In this document: positions 45,003 through 55,869 of the stretch, piece after piece | How the letters are laid out: each line of letters starts with the position of its first letter | Numbering within the stretch: the first letter of the stretch is position 1 | From: an uncultured Alphaproteobacteria bacterium | Lineage (GTDB): Bacteria > Pseudomonadota > Alphaproteobacteria > HIMB59 > GCA-002718135 | NCBI GenBank assembly: GCA_902621725.1 | Contig: CACNND010000001.1 | Coordinates: forward strand, 8,562-72,561 | Direction of reading: 5' to 3' | DNA length: 64,000 bases | Program-made: the position numbers and the translations under genes | The notes under the pieces: model-generated | Seen by the model: only the letters and a program-made list of their open reading frames with translations | Databases searched by the model: none | Told to the model about the DNA's origin: nothing

Positions 45003-47438
45003 CTATTGTTTTAGTTTTTCATTTTTAGGATCATAAGGACTATCCTCTATAACAGTTACATTGTATTTTTTATCTAATATATCCATTTCTAATTTTTGAC
45101 CAATTTCAGCAAATTGAGGATCCACCATACCAATAGCTAATGATTTTTTCACTCTAAAACCATAGTTACCTCCTGTCGCACGACCTATAACTTTTCCATT
45201 ATTATAAATTGGATTATTACCCAATGCATCTGCATCTTCAACATCATGAACCTCTAAAGTTACCATTTTGTTTTTAAAACCATTTTGCTGCCATTTAACG
45301 AGAGAATCTCTTCCAATAAAATTCCCTTTGTTTAAATGTACAAATCTATCTAACCCAGACTCAAAAGCTGCGTATTCTATAGACATTTCTGTACCAACCA
45401 ATTTATATGTTTTTTCAACACGTAAGCTTTCCATCGCTCTTATACCAAATGGTTTAAGTCCATGATCTTTTCCTGCTTCCATCAATTTATCAAAAATATG
45501 GTTTTGATATTCAATTGGATGATGTAATTCCCATCCAAGTTCGCCAACAAAATTCATGCGCATAGCGATACTAGGAGCTAAACCAACATTAATTTTTTTT
45601 GATGATAGCCAAGGGAAATTTTCATTAGATAAATCAGTCTTGGTAATTTTAGAGAGAATATCTCTTGATTTGGGTCCTGCTAAAACAAGAACACCTATAC
45701 TATTAGTTAAATTTTCATAAATCACTGATCCATCTTTGGGTATCCATTTATGAATCCAATCATGATCTAATCGTTGAAATACTCCTGCTGAAACTAAATA
45801 AAAGGAATTTTCTTTTTCTTTTGCAATTGTGAATTCTGAGTGAACTCCTCCAGCAGTGTTTAACGCATGACAAAGATTAACTCTTCCAATTTTTTTTGGA
45901 ATTTTATTTGCAACCAAGTAGTCTAGAAACTCTTCTGCACCAGGTCCTGAAATCCGGCATTTAGCAAACGCAGTCATATCTAGAAGGCCAGCATTTTCCT
46001 GAACATTTAAGCACTCGTTACCAACATGTTCAAACCATTTTGATCTTCTAAATGACCAATCATCTTTTTGTGATTCTTTTGAAGGAGCAAACCAGTTAGC
46101 GCGCTCCCAACCAAACTTTTGACCAAAAACTGCACCAAGATTTTTTAATCTATCATAACAAGGTGCTTGTCTTAATGGACGTCCCTCTTCTCTTTCTTCA
46201 TCAGGATAGTGTACTGTAAAGACATTCGCGTAAGCTTCTTCATTCTTTTTAATCAAATATGCCTCTGTAGCATAATCACCAAATCTTCTTGGATCTACAC
46301 CTAACATATCAATTGTAGGTTCACCATCTACTATCCACTCAGCAATTTGCCATCCAGCTCCGCCAGCTGCGGTAATTCCAAAACTATGACCTTCATTTAA
46401 CCAGAAATTTTTAAGCCCCCATGCTGGTCCAACAATTGGACTTCCATCTGGTGTATAACAAATAGCACCATTGTAAACTTTCTTAACTCCAACTTCTCCA
46501 AAAATAGGAACACGGTGCATTGCTGATTCAATGTGTGGTTCTAAACGCTCTAGATCCTCTTGAAATAATTCGAATTCAGATTCTTTATCAGGTCCATCAA
46601 CATAGCAAACAGGAGCTCCTTTTTCATAAGGTCCTAATATCAATCCTCCTCTTTCTTCACGCATGTACCAAGAACTATCAGAATCTCGTAAGACTCCCAT
46701 TTCAGGAAGTCCTTGTTCTTTTCTTTTTAATATTTCAGGATGATCGTCAGTCACTATGTATTGGTGTTCAACAGGTATAACTGGAATATCAAGTCCGACC
46801 ATCTTTCCAGTCTGTCGAGCAAAATTACCACTACATGAAACTACATGCTCACATTCTATTGATCCTTTATCGGTTTCTACAATCCATAAGTCATCTTTAT
46901 TTTTTTTAATCCCTATTACAGAAGTGTTTCTATAAATTTCTGCACCTTTATCTCTTGCTCCTTTTGCAAGAGCTTGAGTTAGATCAGCTGGTTGAATGTA
47001 TCCATCTTCAGGATGCTGAATTGCACCTATCAATCCATCTGTATTACAAAGTGGCCAAATTTCTTTTACTTGCTCAGGTGTTAAAAATTTAACATCTACA
47101 CCTATCGTTTTTGCTACTCCTGAATATTGATAATACTCATCCATTCTATCTTGAGTAGTTGCTAAACGGATATTTGAAACCACGCTAAAACCAACTTTTT
47201 GTCCTGTCTCTTCTTCAAGAGTTTTGTAAAGTTGGACTGCGTATTTATGCAATTGACCTACCGAATAACTCATATTGAATAATGGAAGTAACCCTGCTGC
47301 ATGCCATGTTGATCCTGAAGTTAATTCCTTTCTTTCAACCAGAACTACATCTGACCAACCCTTTTTGGCTAAATGATAGAGGGTGCTAACACCTACAGCA
47401 CCTCCACCGATGACAACTACTTTTGACTTTGATTTCAT
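45003..47438 (-). CDS. Dimethylglycine dehydrogenase-like flavoprotein (DAO + GcvT domains)
   Basis: [18 protein letters not shown] (flavinylation His), [21 protein letters not shown]; co-oriented with etfBA and ETF:QO. Confidence 0.88.
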   Translation of the reverse strand: MKSKSKVVVIGGGAVGVSTLYHLAKKGWSDVVLVERKELTSGSTWHAAGLLPLFNMSYSVGQLHKYAVQLYKTLEEETGQKVGFSVVSNIRLATTQDRMDEYYQYSGVAKTIGVDVKFLTPEQVKEIWPLCNTDGLIGAIQHPEDGYIQPADLTQALAKGARDKGAEIYRNTSVIGIKKNKDDLWIVETDKGSIECEHVVSCSGNFARQTGKMVGLDIPVIPVEHQYIVTDDHPEILKRKEQGLPEMGVLRDSDSSWYMREERGGLILGPYEKGAPVCYVDGPDKESEFELFQEDLERLEPHIESAMHRVPIFGEVGVKKVYNGAICYTPDGSPIVGPAWGLKNFWLNEGHSFGITAAGGAGWQIAEWIVDGEPTIDMLGVDPRRFGDYATEAYLIKKNEEAYANVFTVHYPDEEREEGRPLRQAPCYDRLKNLGAVFGQKFGWERANWFAPSKESQKDDWSFRRSKWFEHVGNECLNVQENAGLLDMTAFAKCRISGPGAEEFLDYLVANKIPKKIGRVNLCHALNTAGGVHSEFTIAKEKENSFYLVSAGVFQRLDHDWIHKWIPKDGSVIYENLTNSIGVLVLAGPKSRDILSKITKTDLSNENFPWLSSKKINVGLAPSIAMRMNFVGELGWELHHPIEYQNHIFDKLMEAGKDHGLKPFGIRAMESLRVEKTYKLVGTEMSIEYAAFESGLDRFVHLNKGNFIGRDSLVKWQQNGFKNKMVTLEVHDVEDADALGNNPIYNNGKVIGRATGGNYGFRVKKSLAIGMVDPQFAEIGQKLEMDILDKKYNVTVIEDSPYDPKNEKLKQ

Positions 47439-47492
47439 TATTACTATTTAATACTGTACTTCATTAATCATATTAAATAAGGTGGGTCAATC

Positions 47493-48113
47493 ATGAGATA
47501 CTTCAAAAAATTAATTTTAGTGGTTATTATGAGTGCGTTTATTTGTCTTCCTGTTAAGGCTGAAATGACTCTTAATGAATTATTTTTTGATGAGTCTAAG
47601 CCTTTTCATTTAAAAATATTAGACGTTATTCCTGAAGAAGGAATAGTTCAAATAGGTGATAAAAATGCAAAAAATACTATTATTGAATTTATGGATTATT
47701 TTTGCGGATATTGTAAAAAAGTTCATCCTGAATTAATGCAGATTGCAATTGAAAGAGAGGATACAAGGATAGTTTTCCTGCAACATCCAATTTTAAGTGA
47801 GTCTTCTAAACTACTAGCAAATATGGTTATAGCTGCAAACATACAGAACAAAGGGATCGATTTTCATAATGCATTGTTTGAAGTTGAAGGAAATTTAAAT
47901 AATGCAAAACTAAAACAAATAATCGAAAATCTTGAGTTAAATGATGCTAAATTAAATATTGATATGACAAAAGAAAGTGTAAATAATATTGTAAGACTGA
48001 GTTCTTTTTTAGCTAATGGATCTGGTGCGCGTGGCACTCCTACTTTTTTTGTTAATGAAGAACTTGTTGTTGGTTATATCTCCATTGATAGAATAAAAGC
48101 TTTATTAAAATAA
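47493..48113 (+). CDS. Periplasmic DsbA-family thiol-disulfide oxidoreductase
   Basis: Signal peptide, EFMDYFCGYC, GTP cis-Pro loop. Confidence 0.88.
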   Translation: MRYFKKLILVVIMSAFICLPVKAEMTLNELFFDESKPFHLKILDVIPEEGIVQIGDKNAKNTIIEFMDYFCGYCKKVHPELMQIAIEREDTRIVFLQHPILSESSKLLANMVIAANIQNKGIDFHNALFEVEGNLNNAKLKQIIENLELNDAKLNIDMTKESVNNIVRLSSFLANGSGARGTPTFFVNEELVVGYISIDRIKALLK

Positions 48114-48115
48114 AA

Positions 48116-48140
48116 AAGCTCTATTAATTAAATAGAGCTT
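48116..48140. terminator. Bidirectional terminator between dsbA-like and gcvT-like genes
   Basis: aagctctatt-aatta-aatagagctt 10-bp stem, A-run on the left, between convergent stops. Confidence 0.7.
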
Positions 48141-48151
48141 CTTAAAATATT

Positions 48152-49483
48152 TTATTTATCTACTACTTCTCTAGTATTAGCGTTGTGTGATTCAGTAAAA
48201 GGAATTGGCACAACTTCTGCATCTACTGGCACACCAGGCGAGTCTGCATATTGATCAGGTAGATGAACCTTGAATTTACGACCATAATTTCCAACAGGAA
48301 AACCATTTTTATTTAGAGTTCCATCAAATGGTACATAGCCCATAGCAATGTTCCTTCCTTGCTCAGGATGATACCAAGGAGATGTTATAAATCCACAAGG
48401 TTCATTCCCATCTTCTGAAACAAGCCAAAAATCAGGAGCATATTCTTCGATAGGTTTTCCACCTAAACTTAATCCAACTAACTGGAGCTTGTAAGGTTTT
48501 TTTCCATCTTTTAAATCTGTCTTCATCTTTTCAAGAACAGTCTTACCAACATAATCAGAAGTTTTATTCCACTCACCTTTACCAGATAAAGATACTTGAT
48601 AACCTAAATTACATTGAAAAGGATTATGCTGATTATCCATATCTTGACCCCAAGATAGAATGCCCGCTTGTATTCTACGGTGATGAGCCGGTGCTATAAC
48701 CATAAGATTATGTTTTTTTCCTGCTTCCAAAACAGCATTCCACATATCATCAGCATATTTTGTAGAATCATATAAATATATTTCAAATCCTGCTTCTCCA
48801 GAAAAACCAGTTTGTGAAATAATACAATCTCGTCCACCAACTTTGGCGGCAGCAAGTCCATAAAATGGCATTTCATCAACTTTAACTTGATCACCAATTA
48901 AATCATTCATCAAAGCGTGCGCTTTTGGACCTTGAATTTGAACTGGGCTTACATCAATTTCATCAATATGGACATTAAATCTATTATCATGATTTACACC
49001 CTGTAAATAAAGACCAATATCTGAGTCAGATAATGAAAACCAAAACTCATCCTTTGAAATTCTTAGAAGAATAGGGTCATTTAAAACACCGCCATATTGA
49101 TTACAAAGAATAACATATCTTCCTCTCATTGGAGATATTTTAGTTGCATCTCTTGTTATAACATAATCAACAAATGCCTCAGCATCAGGACCTTTAACCT
49201 GAATTTGTCTTTCAACAGCAACATTCCACATAGTAACATGGTTTTTAATTGCCTCATACTCAACCATTGCTCCACCATCTTCAGGCTTTACGTAACCTCT
49301 TGGATGATAAATTCTATTATACACTGTTGCTCTCCAACATCCCGCCTCCATTGACAAATGCCAATAAGGTGATTTTCTCACTCTGGTTGAAATAAGCATT
49401 TGGACTGGTGTAGGACCACTTTGTCTTAAATTGTAGGGAACCTTTCTGTCCGATTGATCCACCGACGTAGAATGTTTGATCAT
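48152..49483 (-). CDS. GcvT/DmdA-family THF-dependent demethylase/aminomethyltransferase
   Basis: RVRKSPY, VYNR, WNVAVERQ..VKGPDA, NDPILLR, W.S.SDSD, QTGFSGE.GFEIY; RBS AAGGAG. Confidence 0.85.
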   Translation of the reverse strand: MIKHSTSVDQSDRKVPYNLRQSGPTPVQMLISTRVRKSPYWHLSMEAGCWRATVYNRIYHPRGYVKPEDGGAMVEYEAIKNHVTMWNVAVERQIQVKGPDAEAFVDYVITRDATKISPMRGRYVILCNQYGGVLNDPILLRISKDEFWFSLSDSDIGLYLQGVNHDNRFNVHIDEIDVSPVQIQGPKAHALMNDLIGDQVKVDEMPFYGLAAAKVGGRDCIISQTGFSGEAGFEIYLYDSTKYADDMWNAVLEAGKKHNLMVIAPAHHRRIQAGILSWGQDMDNQHNPFQCNLGYQVSLSGKGEWNKTSDYVGKTVLEKMKTDLKDGKKPYKLQLVGLSLGGKPIEEYAPDFWLVSEDGNEPCGFITSPWYHPEQGRNIAMGYVPFDGTLNKNGFPVGNYGRKFKVHLPDQYADSPGVPVDAEVVPIPFTESHNANTREVVDK

Positions 49484-49635
49484 TATAAACTCCTTAAATA
49501 AATATGCTATTTCTCTATTTAATCTTTAAATACTCTGCAATAATAAAATGTGCATTAAATAAAGAAAGTGGTGGACCTTAATTAGGTCAATATTTTGTCA
49601 TAGTTTTGACAGCAAAATTTGATAATGAATTTTTT

Positions 49636-50544
49636 ATGAAATTTAAATATTTAATATCAATTATCTCCATTCTAATTTTTTTAACAAGTTGCTCTGCTAG
49701 TTATAAAGAACTATCTACTATAGAAAATAATAAGCCAATAAGCTTTCAAGAACACCTATTGTCCGAATACAAAAAAAGGGCTACTTTTGAAGCAGAAGAC
49801 ATGCATGATTGGAATTCAGCAAAATTATATTCTGAAAAAGCTCTTAAGAGTTTAGAAACTGATGAAATATATCCAGAAGAAACTTCATATTGGAAACTGC
49901 CAGAAGAAAAGCTTAATGAAATAAGAATTGCATATGATAACCTTATGACAATTTATAAAGATGCAAAAAAGATTGACCCTTTTAATTTAGCAAGAGCTAT
50001 TTCATCATTAGATTGCTGGTCAGAACAGCAGGAGGAAAATTGGCAAACATGGGATATTAATAGTTGCAAAAATGATTTCTTAAACGCTATGCATAATATT
50101 TACGAAAAAATATCTACACAGAAAAATGAGCAGAAGACTTCAAATAACAAAAATAATAATTTAAAAAAAGAATCAAAAAATGAAGTAACGATTGTTACTA
50201 AAAATGTAAATAAAGAGTTAATGCAAATAATATATTTTGATTTTGATCAATTTAATTTATCTGAAGTAAGTAAAAATAAAATAATAAAATTTATAAACAA
50301 CTATGGAAGCGTTATTAACGAGTTTCTTGTAGTTGGTCATACTGATACTAAGGGAACAAATGAGTATAATTTTTCATTGTCAATTAAAAGAGCTGAGGTT
50401 GTAAAAGAAATTTTAATTAATAGTGGAGTAAAACAAAGTAGTATAAAAATATTAGGAAAAGGTGAAGAATCTTTAGCTGTAAATACTCCAGATGATACCA
50501 AACAGCCAGTAAATAGAAGGGTAGAAATAAAAAAAGCAAATTAA
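49636..50544 (+). CDS. OmpA-family lipoprotein
   Basis: ATG 49636 gives signal peptide with lipobox LTSC; helical N-domain (DCWSEQQEEN..C); C-terminal IYFDFD, GHTD..G..YN..LS.KRA, NRRVEI. Confidence 0.87.
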   Translation: MKFKYLISIISILIFLTSCSASYKELSTIENNKPISFQEHLLSEYKKRATFEAEDMHDWNSAKLYSEKALKSLETDEIYPEETSYWKLPEEKLNEIRIAYDNLMTIYKDAKKIDPFNLARAISSLDCWSEQQEENWQTWDINSCKNDFLNAMHNIYEKISTQKNEQKTSNNKNNNLKKESKNEVTIVTKNVNKELMQIIYFDFDQFNLSEVSKNKIIKFINNYGSVINEFLVVGHTDTKGTNEYNFSLSIKRAEVVKEILINSGVKQSSIKILGKGEESLAVNTPDDTKQPVNRRVEIKKAN

Positions 50545-50584
50545 CTTTAGTTTATAATTATTTTGGTATATTGAGCTTTTTTCT

Positions 50585-50977
50585 ATGTATTCAAAAACAA
50601 CAAAAAAAATAAATATTACTGTAAAACCTTATTATCTTGAAGATCAATCTGAGCCAGAAGATCAGCATTTTGTATGGGCGTATAAGGTAACAATTGATAA
50701 TCAAGGTAACGAAAAAGTACAACTTGTAAACAGACACTGGAAAATTATCGATGCTAATGGCACATTACAAGAAGTGCGTGGAAAAGGTGTTGTAGGTGAA
50801 CAACCTGTTCTAAATCCTGGTGAAAAATTTGAATATACAAGTGGTACACCTTTAACTACCTCATCTGGTTTTATGGAAGGAACTTATGAGATGCAAAGTG
50901 ATAATGGTAATACTTTTGATGTTCAAATTCCTCAGTTTTCATTAGATACTCCGTTTGAAAATAACGAATTAAATTAA
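50585..50977 (+). CDS. apaG: ApaG
   Basis: WAY.VTI.N, RHWKI.D, GKGVVGEQP, YTSG.PL. Confidence 0.97.
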   Translation: MYSKTTKKINITVKPYYLEDQSEPEDQHFVWAYKVTIDNQGNEKVQLVNRHWKIIDANGTLQEVRGKGVVGEQPVLNPGEKFEYTSGTPLTTSSGFMEGTYEMQSDNGNTFDVQIPQFSLDTPFENNELN

Positions 50978-50990
50978 TTTATAAAAAAAA

Positions 50991-52439
50991 ATGAGAGACT
51001 TCAGGTCAATATTAAACATAATAGGTTTACTAATATGTATTGAAGCATTGGCAATGCTAATACCAATGTGCTTTGATCTTTATTATGGTAATTATGAATG
51101 GTTACAGTTTTTTTATTCAAGTCTAATCACATTTTTTATCGGTATAATTTTATATTTTTCATTTAGAAAAAAAAATATTAAGCTTGGAATCAGGCAAGCA
51201 TTTTTATTAACAATTTCATCATGGTTAGTAATATCTTTCTTTGGTGCAATTCCATTTGTATATTCATCATCTTCACTTTCATATACAGATGCTTTTTTTG
51301 AGTCTGTAAGTGGAATTACTACAACTGGAGCAACTGTTATTAACAATTTAGACAACCTATCAGAAGGTATATTAATTTGGAGATCTCTTCTTCAATGGTT
51401 TGGAGGAATTGGAATTATTGTTCTTGCAATGGCTATATTGCCAACTTTACAAATTGGTGGCATGCAATTGTTACACATGGAGCATGATGATCCTTATGAA
51501 AAAACAATTCCTAAAGTTAATCAGTTTGTAATTGAATTATTTTTACTTTACGTATCTTTATCAATTATTTGTGCCTTTTTGTATTTTATAAATGGAATGA
51601 AAGGTTTTGATTCAATTATTCATGCAATGACTACAATTTCAACTGGTGGATTTTCAAATTATAATGAATCTTTTTTATATTTTAATTCATTTCAGATTGA
51701 GATCATAAGTGTTATTTTTATGTTGATCGGCAGTTTGCCATTTGTCTTGTATTTGCAATTTCTACACAGTCAAAAAAAGTTAATTTTTAAAGACGATCAA
51801 ATAAAATTATTCTTTTTAATTTTGTTTATAATTATTTTATTAACGACAATTTGGCTAACTACTAATCAATCTATAGATGTAATTTCTGCTTTTAGAATTG
51901 CTTTATTCAATATTACATCAATTTTAACTGGCACAGGTTATACTAGTAGTAATTTTTCAAATTGGGGTGGTTTTGGAATAGTAATAATGATGGTTATAAT
52001 GTTTGTTGGTGGTTGTGCTGGCTCAACTACTGGTGGAATTAAAATTTTCAGATTACAAATACTTTTTAGAGGAGCGATAACTCAGATAAGAAAACTGACT
52101 CAGCCTCATGCTGTATTGGTAATGCGTTTTAATGGAAAAACTGTGAATGACAATACTTACAATTCTATTATGGGTTTTTTCTTTATGTATATTTTAATAT
52201 TTATTCTATCTGCAGTATGTTTAAGTTTTTTTAATCTTGATTTTTTAACAGCTTTCTCAGGTGCAGCTTCAGCAATTTCAAATGTTGGGCCTGGTTTGGG
52301 AAATACTATAGGACCAATTGAAAACTACTCATTATTAGAAAATGGAGCCAAGTGGATACTATCAATAACCATGATAATTGGAAGGTTGGAAATATTTACT
52401 GTGTTGGTTCTTATATCAATAAATTTTTGGAAAAGTTAA
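50991..52439 (+). CDS. trkH: Trk potassium uptake membrane protein
   Basis: FESVSGITTTGA, QWFGGIG, STGGFS, GGCAGSTTGGIK, NVGPG, GRLE. Confidence 0.97.
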   Translation: MRDFRSILNIIGLLICIEALAMLIPMCFDLYYGNYEWLQFFYSSLITFFIGIILYFSFRKKNIKLGIRQAFLLTISSWLVISFFGAIPFVYSSSSLSYTDAFFESVSGITTTGATVINNLDNLSEGILIWRSLLQWFGGIGIIVLAMAILPTLQIGGMQLLHMEHDDPYEKTIPKVNQFVIELFLLYVSLSIICAFLYFINGMKGFDSIIHAMTTISTGGFSNYNESFLYFNSFQIEIISVIFMLIGSLPFVLYLQFLHSQKKLIFKDDQIKLFFLILFIIILLTTIWLTTNQSIDVISAFRIALFNITSILTGTGYTSSNFSNWGGFGIVIMMVIMFVGGCAGSTTGGIKIFRLQILFRGAITQIRKLTQPHAVLVMRFNGKTVNDNTYNSIMGFFFMYILIFILSAVCLSFFNLDFLTAFSGAASAISNVGPGLGNTIGPIENYSLLENGAKWILSITMIIGRLEIFTVLVLISINFWKS

Positions 52440-53008
52440 ATAATATAGTATCCACTCATATATACAGATAATTGACTTTTTGCTTCTGAAATAAAGTCCT
52501 TCATAGCATTAATTAATAAATCATTAATAATTACTTCGGTTTCACTTAGAGAAATATATTTTTGTGAAGTGGTTGTTCTAGTACTTTCAACTGTAGTATT
52601 AGCAACTAAAAAGTTATTATCATCATAAAGTTGATATTCAACAAAAAAATTTATTTTATATTGAAATATTGTTTTTTCTTCATATCTTTTAGCATTTACA
52701 TTATCTATTTCCTTTTTCAAAATAGATGAATCTAAAATACTTATAACTAATTTATTTTCACTTCCTAATTTAGAAATATTATTTTCATTCCATTTAAAAA
52801 TAATATCGAAAGGAGAGTTTTGAATTTGATCTTCAATATTTTCTTCAGAAAAAATAGGATTATAATTTGAAATAATTTCTATTTTATTTACATTAATTGA
52901 AATTTTTTCTAATTTAGAAATATCTATATCAACAGGGTTTAAAATCTCCAAAGGCTGGCATGAAAATAAAAATATAAAAATAAAAATAATTTTATTTTTT
53001 AAGTACAT
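52436..53008 (-). CDS. Hypothetical lipoprotein
   Basis: Short hydrophobic N-terminus ending FLFSC (lipobox-like); overlaps the argF stop. Confidence 0.65.
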   Translation of the reverse strand: MYLKNKIIFIFIFLFSCQPLEILNPVDIDISKLEKISINVNKIEIISNYNPIFSEENIEDQIQNSPFDIIFKWNENNISKLGSENKLVISILDSSILKKEIDNVNAKRYEEKTIFQYKINFFVEYQLYDDNNFLVANTTVESTRTTTSQKYISLSETEVIINDLLINAMKDFISEAKSQLSVYMSGYYII

Positions 53009-53888
53009 AAATTAATATTGCTTGTTGAATATACATTCTATTTTTAGCTTGACTAAGTACAACTGAATTTTTTCCATCAAGAACTTCAGATGTTACCTCT
53101 TGCTCTCTTTTTGCTGGTAAACAATGCATAAAAATTACATCTTTTGCTGCGTTTCTAATAATATTTTTGTTAACAGTAAAATTTTTAAAATATTTTTTTT
53201 TGTTAATATTTTTTTCTCCCATAGAAACCCATACATCAGTCATTATACAATTTGAAGCAATTGTGCCTGAAACTGGATCAGAAAAATAATTTAATTTGTT
53301 GTTTTTATAATTGCTAAATTCTTTTTTGTAGTTTTTAAATATTTGTTTTGGAATAACCAAATTAAGTTTAAATTTATAGATATTTTGAAGATGAATAAGA
53401 GAACGCAAAACATTATTGTAATCACCAATCCATGATATTTGTAAATTTTTATAATTTTTAAAATTTTCTTGCATTGTTAAAAAATCACCAAGTATTTGAC
53501 AAGGATGACTATATTCAGTTAGACCATTTATAACTGGCAGGATGTTCTCTTTACTTAAATCTACTATTTGTTTGTGATTATTGTTTCTTATCATTACACA
53601 ATCAATAAATTGACTTAAAACATGCAATACATCTTCCTTCTTTTCTCTTTTATTATCAAAACCAATATCTTTACTTTGCAATTCCAAAACTCTACCTCCT
53701 AGTTTTTGCATTCCAACACTAAAACTTAATCTGGTTCGTAAGGATTGCTTTTCAAAAATTAATCCGAGTGTTTTGTCTTTACAATATAAAGAATATTTCT
53801 TTGGATACTTTTTTATTTTCTTTGCCAGTAAAATTATTTCATCAATTTGTCTTTTATTAAAGTTATTTATGTCGATAAAATGTTTCAT
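52992..53888 (-). CDS. argF: Ornithine carbamoyltransferase
   Basis: FEKQSLRTR, NGLT..SHPCQ, TDVWVSMG, MHCLP, QAKNR. Confidence 0.95.
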   Translation of the reverse strand: MKHFIDINNFNKRQIDEIILLAKKIKKYPKKYSLYCKDKTLGLIFEKQSLRTRLSFSVGMQKLGGRVLELQSKDIGFDNKREKKEDVLHVLSQFIDCVMIRNNNHKQIVDLSKENILPVINGLTEYSHPCQILGDFLTMQENFKNYKNLQISWIGDYNNVLRSLIHLQNIYKFKLNLVIPKQIFKNYKKEFSNYKNNKLNYFSDPVSGTIASNCIMTDVWVSMGEKNINKKKYFKNFTVNKNIIRNAAKDVIFMHCLPAKREQEVTSEVLDGKNSVVLSQAKNRMYIQQAILIYVLKK

Positions 53889-55063
53889 TAAGAAAATTCT
53901 TTTAAACTCTTATTAATTATTGAAATAGATTTATCAATCTCTTTGTAGGTAACAATAAGTGGCGGTGCTAATCTTACTGTATTATCTGCAGCTGGCACAT
54001 TTAATAATTTGTTTTTTTTAAGACATTCAGAAAAATCTAAATTGCTTATATTTGTCTTGATTCCCAATAATAGTCCTGCACCTCTAACCTCTGAAATAAT
54101 ATTGGATGTATTCTCTAATTTTTTTAAATTTTTCCAAAAATACCTTGCAGTTTTGTCAACTTTTGAAAGAAATCTTTTATTTGAAATAATTTTTAAAACT
54201 TCTAAGCCCACACTCATAGCTAACGGATTGCCGCCATAGGTCGATCCATGACTACCCTTAGTCATTGCAACACATGCTTGGTTTGTTGACATACAAGCCC
54301 CAAGAGGAAAACCGGATCCAATACCTTTTGCTACAGACATAATATCAGGTTTTATTTTTGCCCATTCATGTGAAAATAATTTACCTGATCTACCAAATCC
54401 ACACTGAACTTCATCAAAAAAAAGTAGAATATTATTTTTGTTACAAATTTTTCTTAACAATTTTAAAAAACTTAAATTGGCAGGACGAATACCACCTTCT
54501 CCTTGAATTGGTTCAATAATAATTCCAGCTGTTTTTTTATTTATTGCCGATATTAATTTCTTTTCATTATTAAATTCGATTTGTTTAAAACCTTTAAGCA
54601 TAGGACCAAAGCCAATAGAGTATTTTTTATTTTTTTGAGCTGAAAGTGCTCCATAAGTTCTGCCATGAAAAGCACCATCAAAAGTTATTATCTCCGTTTT
54701 TTTAGTCTTGTGATAGGAATGATATCCTCTAATTATTTTAATTCCACATTCAATAGATTCGGTTCCAGAATTAGTAAAAAAAACTTTATCTGCAAAAGAT
54801 TTTTTACAAAGCAATTTTGCAAATTCTTCCTGTTTTTTTATTTTATATAAGTTTGAAACATGCCAGAGTTGTTTAGATTGCTTATTAAGCACCTCTACTA
54901 GTTTAGGATGACAGTGACCAAGAGAATTTACAGCTATTCCACTTGCAAAATCTAAATATTTTTTATTTTGACTAGTATATAAATAACACTCTTTACCTTT
55001 AACAAATTCAAGGGTTTTATTTCCATAAGTTGGCATAACATTCGATAAAAATTTACTAACCAT
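53888..55063 (-). CDS. argD: Acetylornithine aminotransferase
   Basis: DFASGIAVNSLGH, FHGRT, EPIQGEGG, DEVQCG, AKGIG, HGSTYGGNP. Confidence 0.95.
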   Translation of the reverse strand: MVSKFLSNVMPTYGNKTLEFVKGKECYLYTSQNKKYLDFASGIAVNSLGHCHPKLVEVLNKQSKQLWHVSNLYKIKKQEEFAKLLCKKSFADKVFFTNSGTESIECGIKIIRGYHSYHKTKKTEIITFDGAFHGRTYGALSAQKNKKYSIGFGPMLKGFKQIEFNNEKKLISAINKKTAGIIIEPIQGEGGIRPANLSFLKLLRKICNKNNILLFFDEVQCGFGRSGKLFSHEWAKIKPDIMSVAKGIGSGFPLGACMSTNQACVAMTKGSHGSTYGGNPLAMSVGLEVLKIISNKRFLSKVDKTARYFWKNLKKLENTSNIISEVRGAGLLLGIKTNISNLDFSECLKKNKLLNVPAADNTVRLAPPLIVTYKEIDKSISIINKSLKEFS

Positions 55064-55065
55064 AT

Positions 55066-55836
55066 TTAAAATTTAATTTTGTATCCTTTGCGAAACATAA
55101 AATAGCATAATAAAATTAATATAATATTAATAATTATTAAGAAGATTGATCCTTTGAACAAAGAACCGTCAGAAATGCCTGTAAAAGCATATCTAAAACC
55201 ATCAATATTGTAGAAGAATGGATTAAATGAAGAAACTGTCTGCCAAAACTCAGGAAGTCTAGAAATTGAATAGAATGTTCCTGACAAAAAAGTAAGAGGT
55301 AAAACAATAAAGTTAGTTATACCTTGTTGTTGATCCCATTTGTCTGCCCAAATACCAACAATTGTTCCCAAAGTACCCATCATTGTGCATCCCATTAATG
55401 TGAAAAATATCAAAGCCATGTAAGAGTAAATTTGAAGAGGTACAAATATTATGACTCCTAAAGTTGTTACAATACCGCATACAACACCTCTGCAAACTGA
55501 TCCTATAATAAAACCAAATGCTAATTCTACATTATTTAAAGGAGCCATTAATATATCTACAATATTTCCTTGAAATTTTGACTGCCCAATACTTGATGCT
55601 GAATTAGCAAAAGAGTTTTGAAGCATAGTCATCATTATAAGACCGGGAGCAATGAAATAAGGGAGATCAATACCATTTATGGAATTTATAGATCTGCCAA
55701 GAGCTAAGCTAAAAACAGCTAAGAATAATAAAGAGCTAATTGCTGGTCCAACCACAGTTTGAATACCAACTTTTAAAAATCTAAATACTTCTTTTTTAAC
55801 TAATGTAAGAAAACAGAGAAAATTATAATTAATCAT
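55066..55836 (-). CDS. ABC-2 type permease (YadH-like)
   Basis: KEVFRF, FIAPGLIMM, PLTFLSGTFYSI, NPFFY.IDGFRY. Confidence 0.9.
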   Translation of the reverse strand: MINYNFLCFLTLVKKEVFRFLKVGIQTVVGPAISSLLFLAVFSLALGRSINSINGIDLPYFIAPGLIMMTMLQNSFANSASSIGQSKFQGNIVDILMAPLNNVELAFGFIIGSVCRGVVCGIVTTLGVIIFVPLQIYSYMALIFFTLMGCTMMGTLGTIVGIWADKWDQQQGITNFIVLPLTFLSGTFYSISRLPEFWQTVSSFNPFFYNIDGFRYAFTGISDGSLFKGSIFLIIINIILILLCYFMFRKGYKIKF

Positions 55837-55869
55837 ATTAGGAGTTTTCTTTTAATATATTTAAATTAT

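Noticed and set aside
48152-49483. Assigning gcvT or dmdA as gene symbol
   Set aside because: No gcvH/gcvP nearby, and length and N-terminus differ from canonical DmdA.
49484-49570. SAM-V/SAM-II or glycine riboswitch upstream of the gcvT-like gene
   Set aside because: I could not find the conserved core or pairing by eye; an Rfam scan would be needed.
49606-49635. TTG start of the OmpA-family ORF
   Set aside because: ATG 49636 gives a proper lipoprotein signal; the TTG lies inside the palindromic putative operator.
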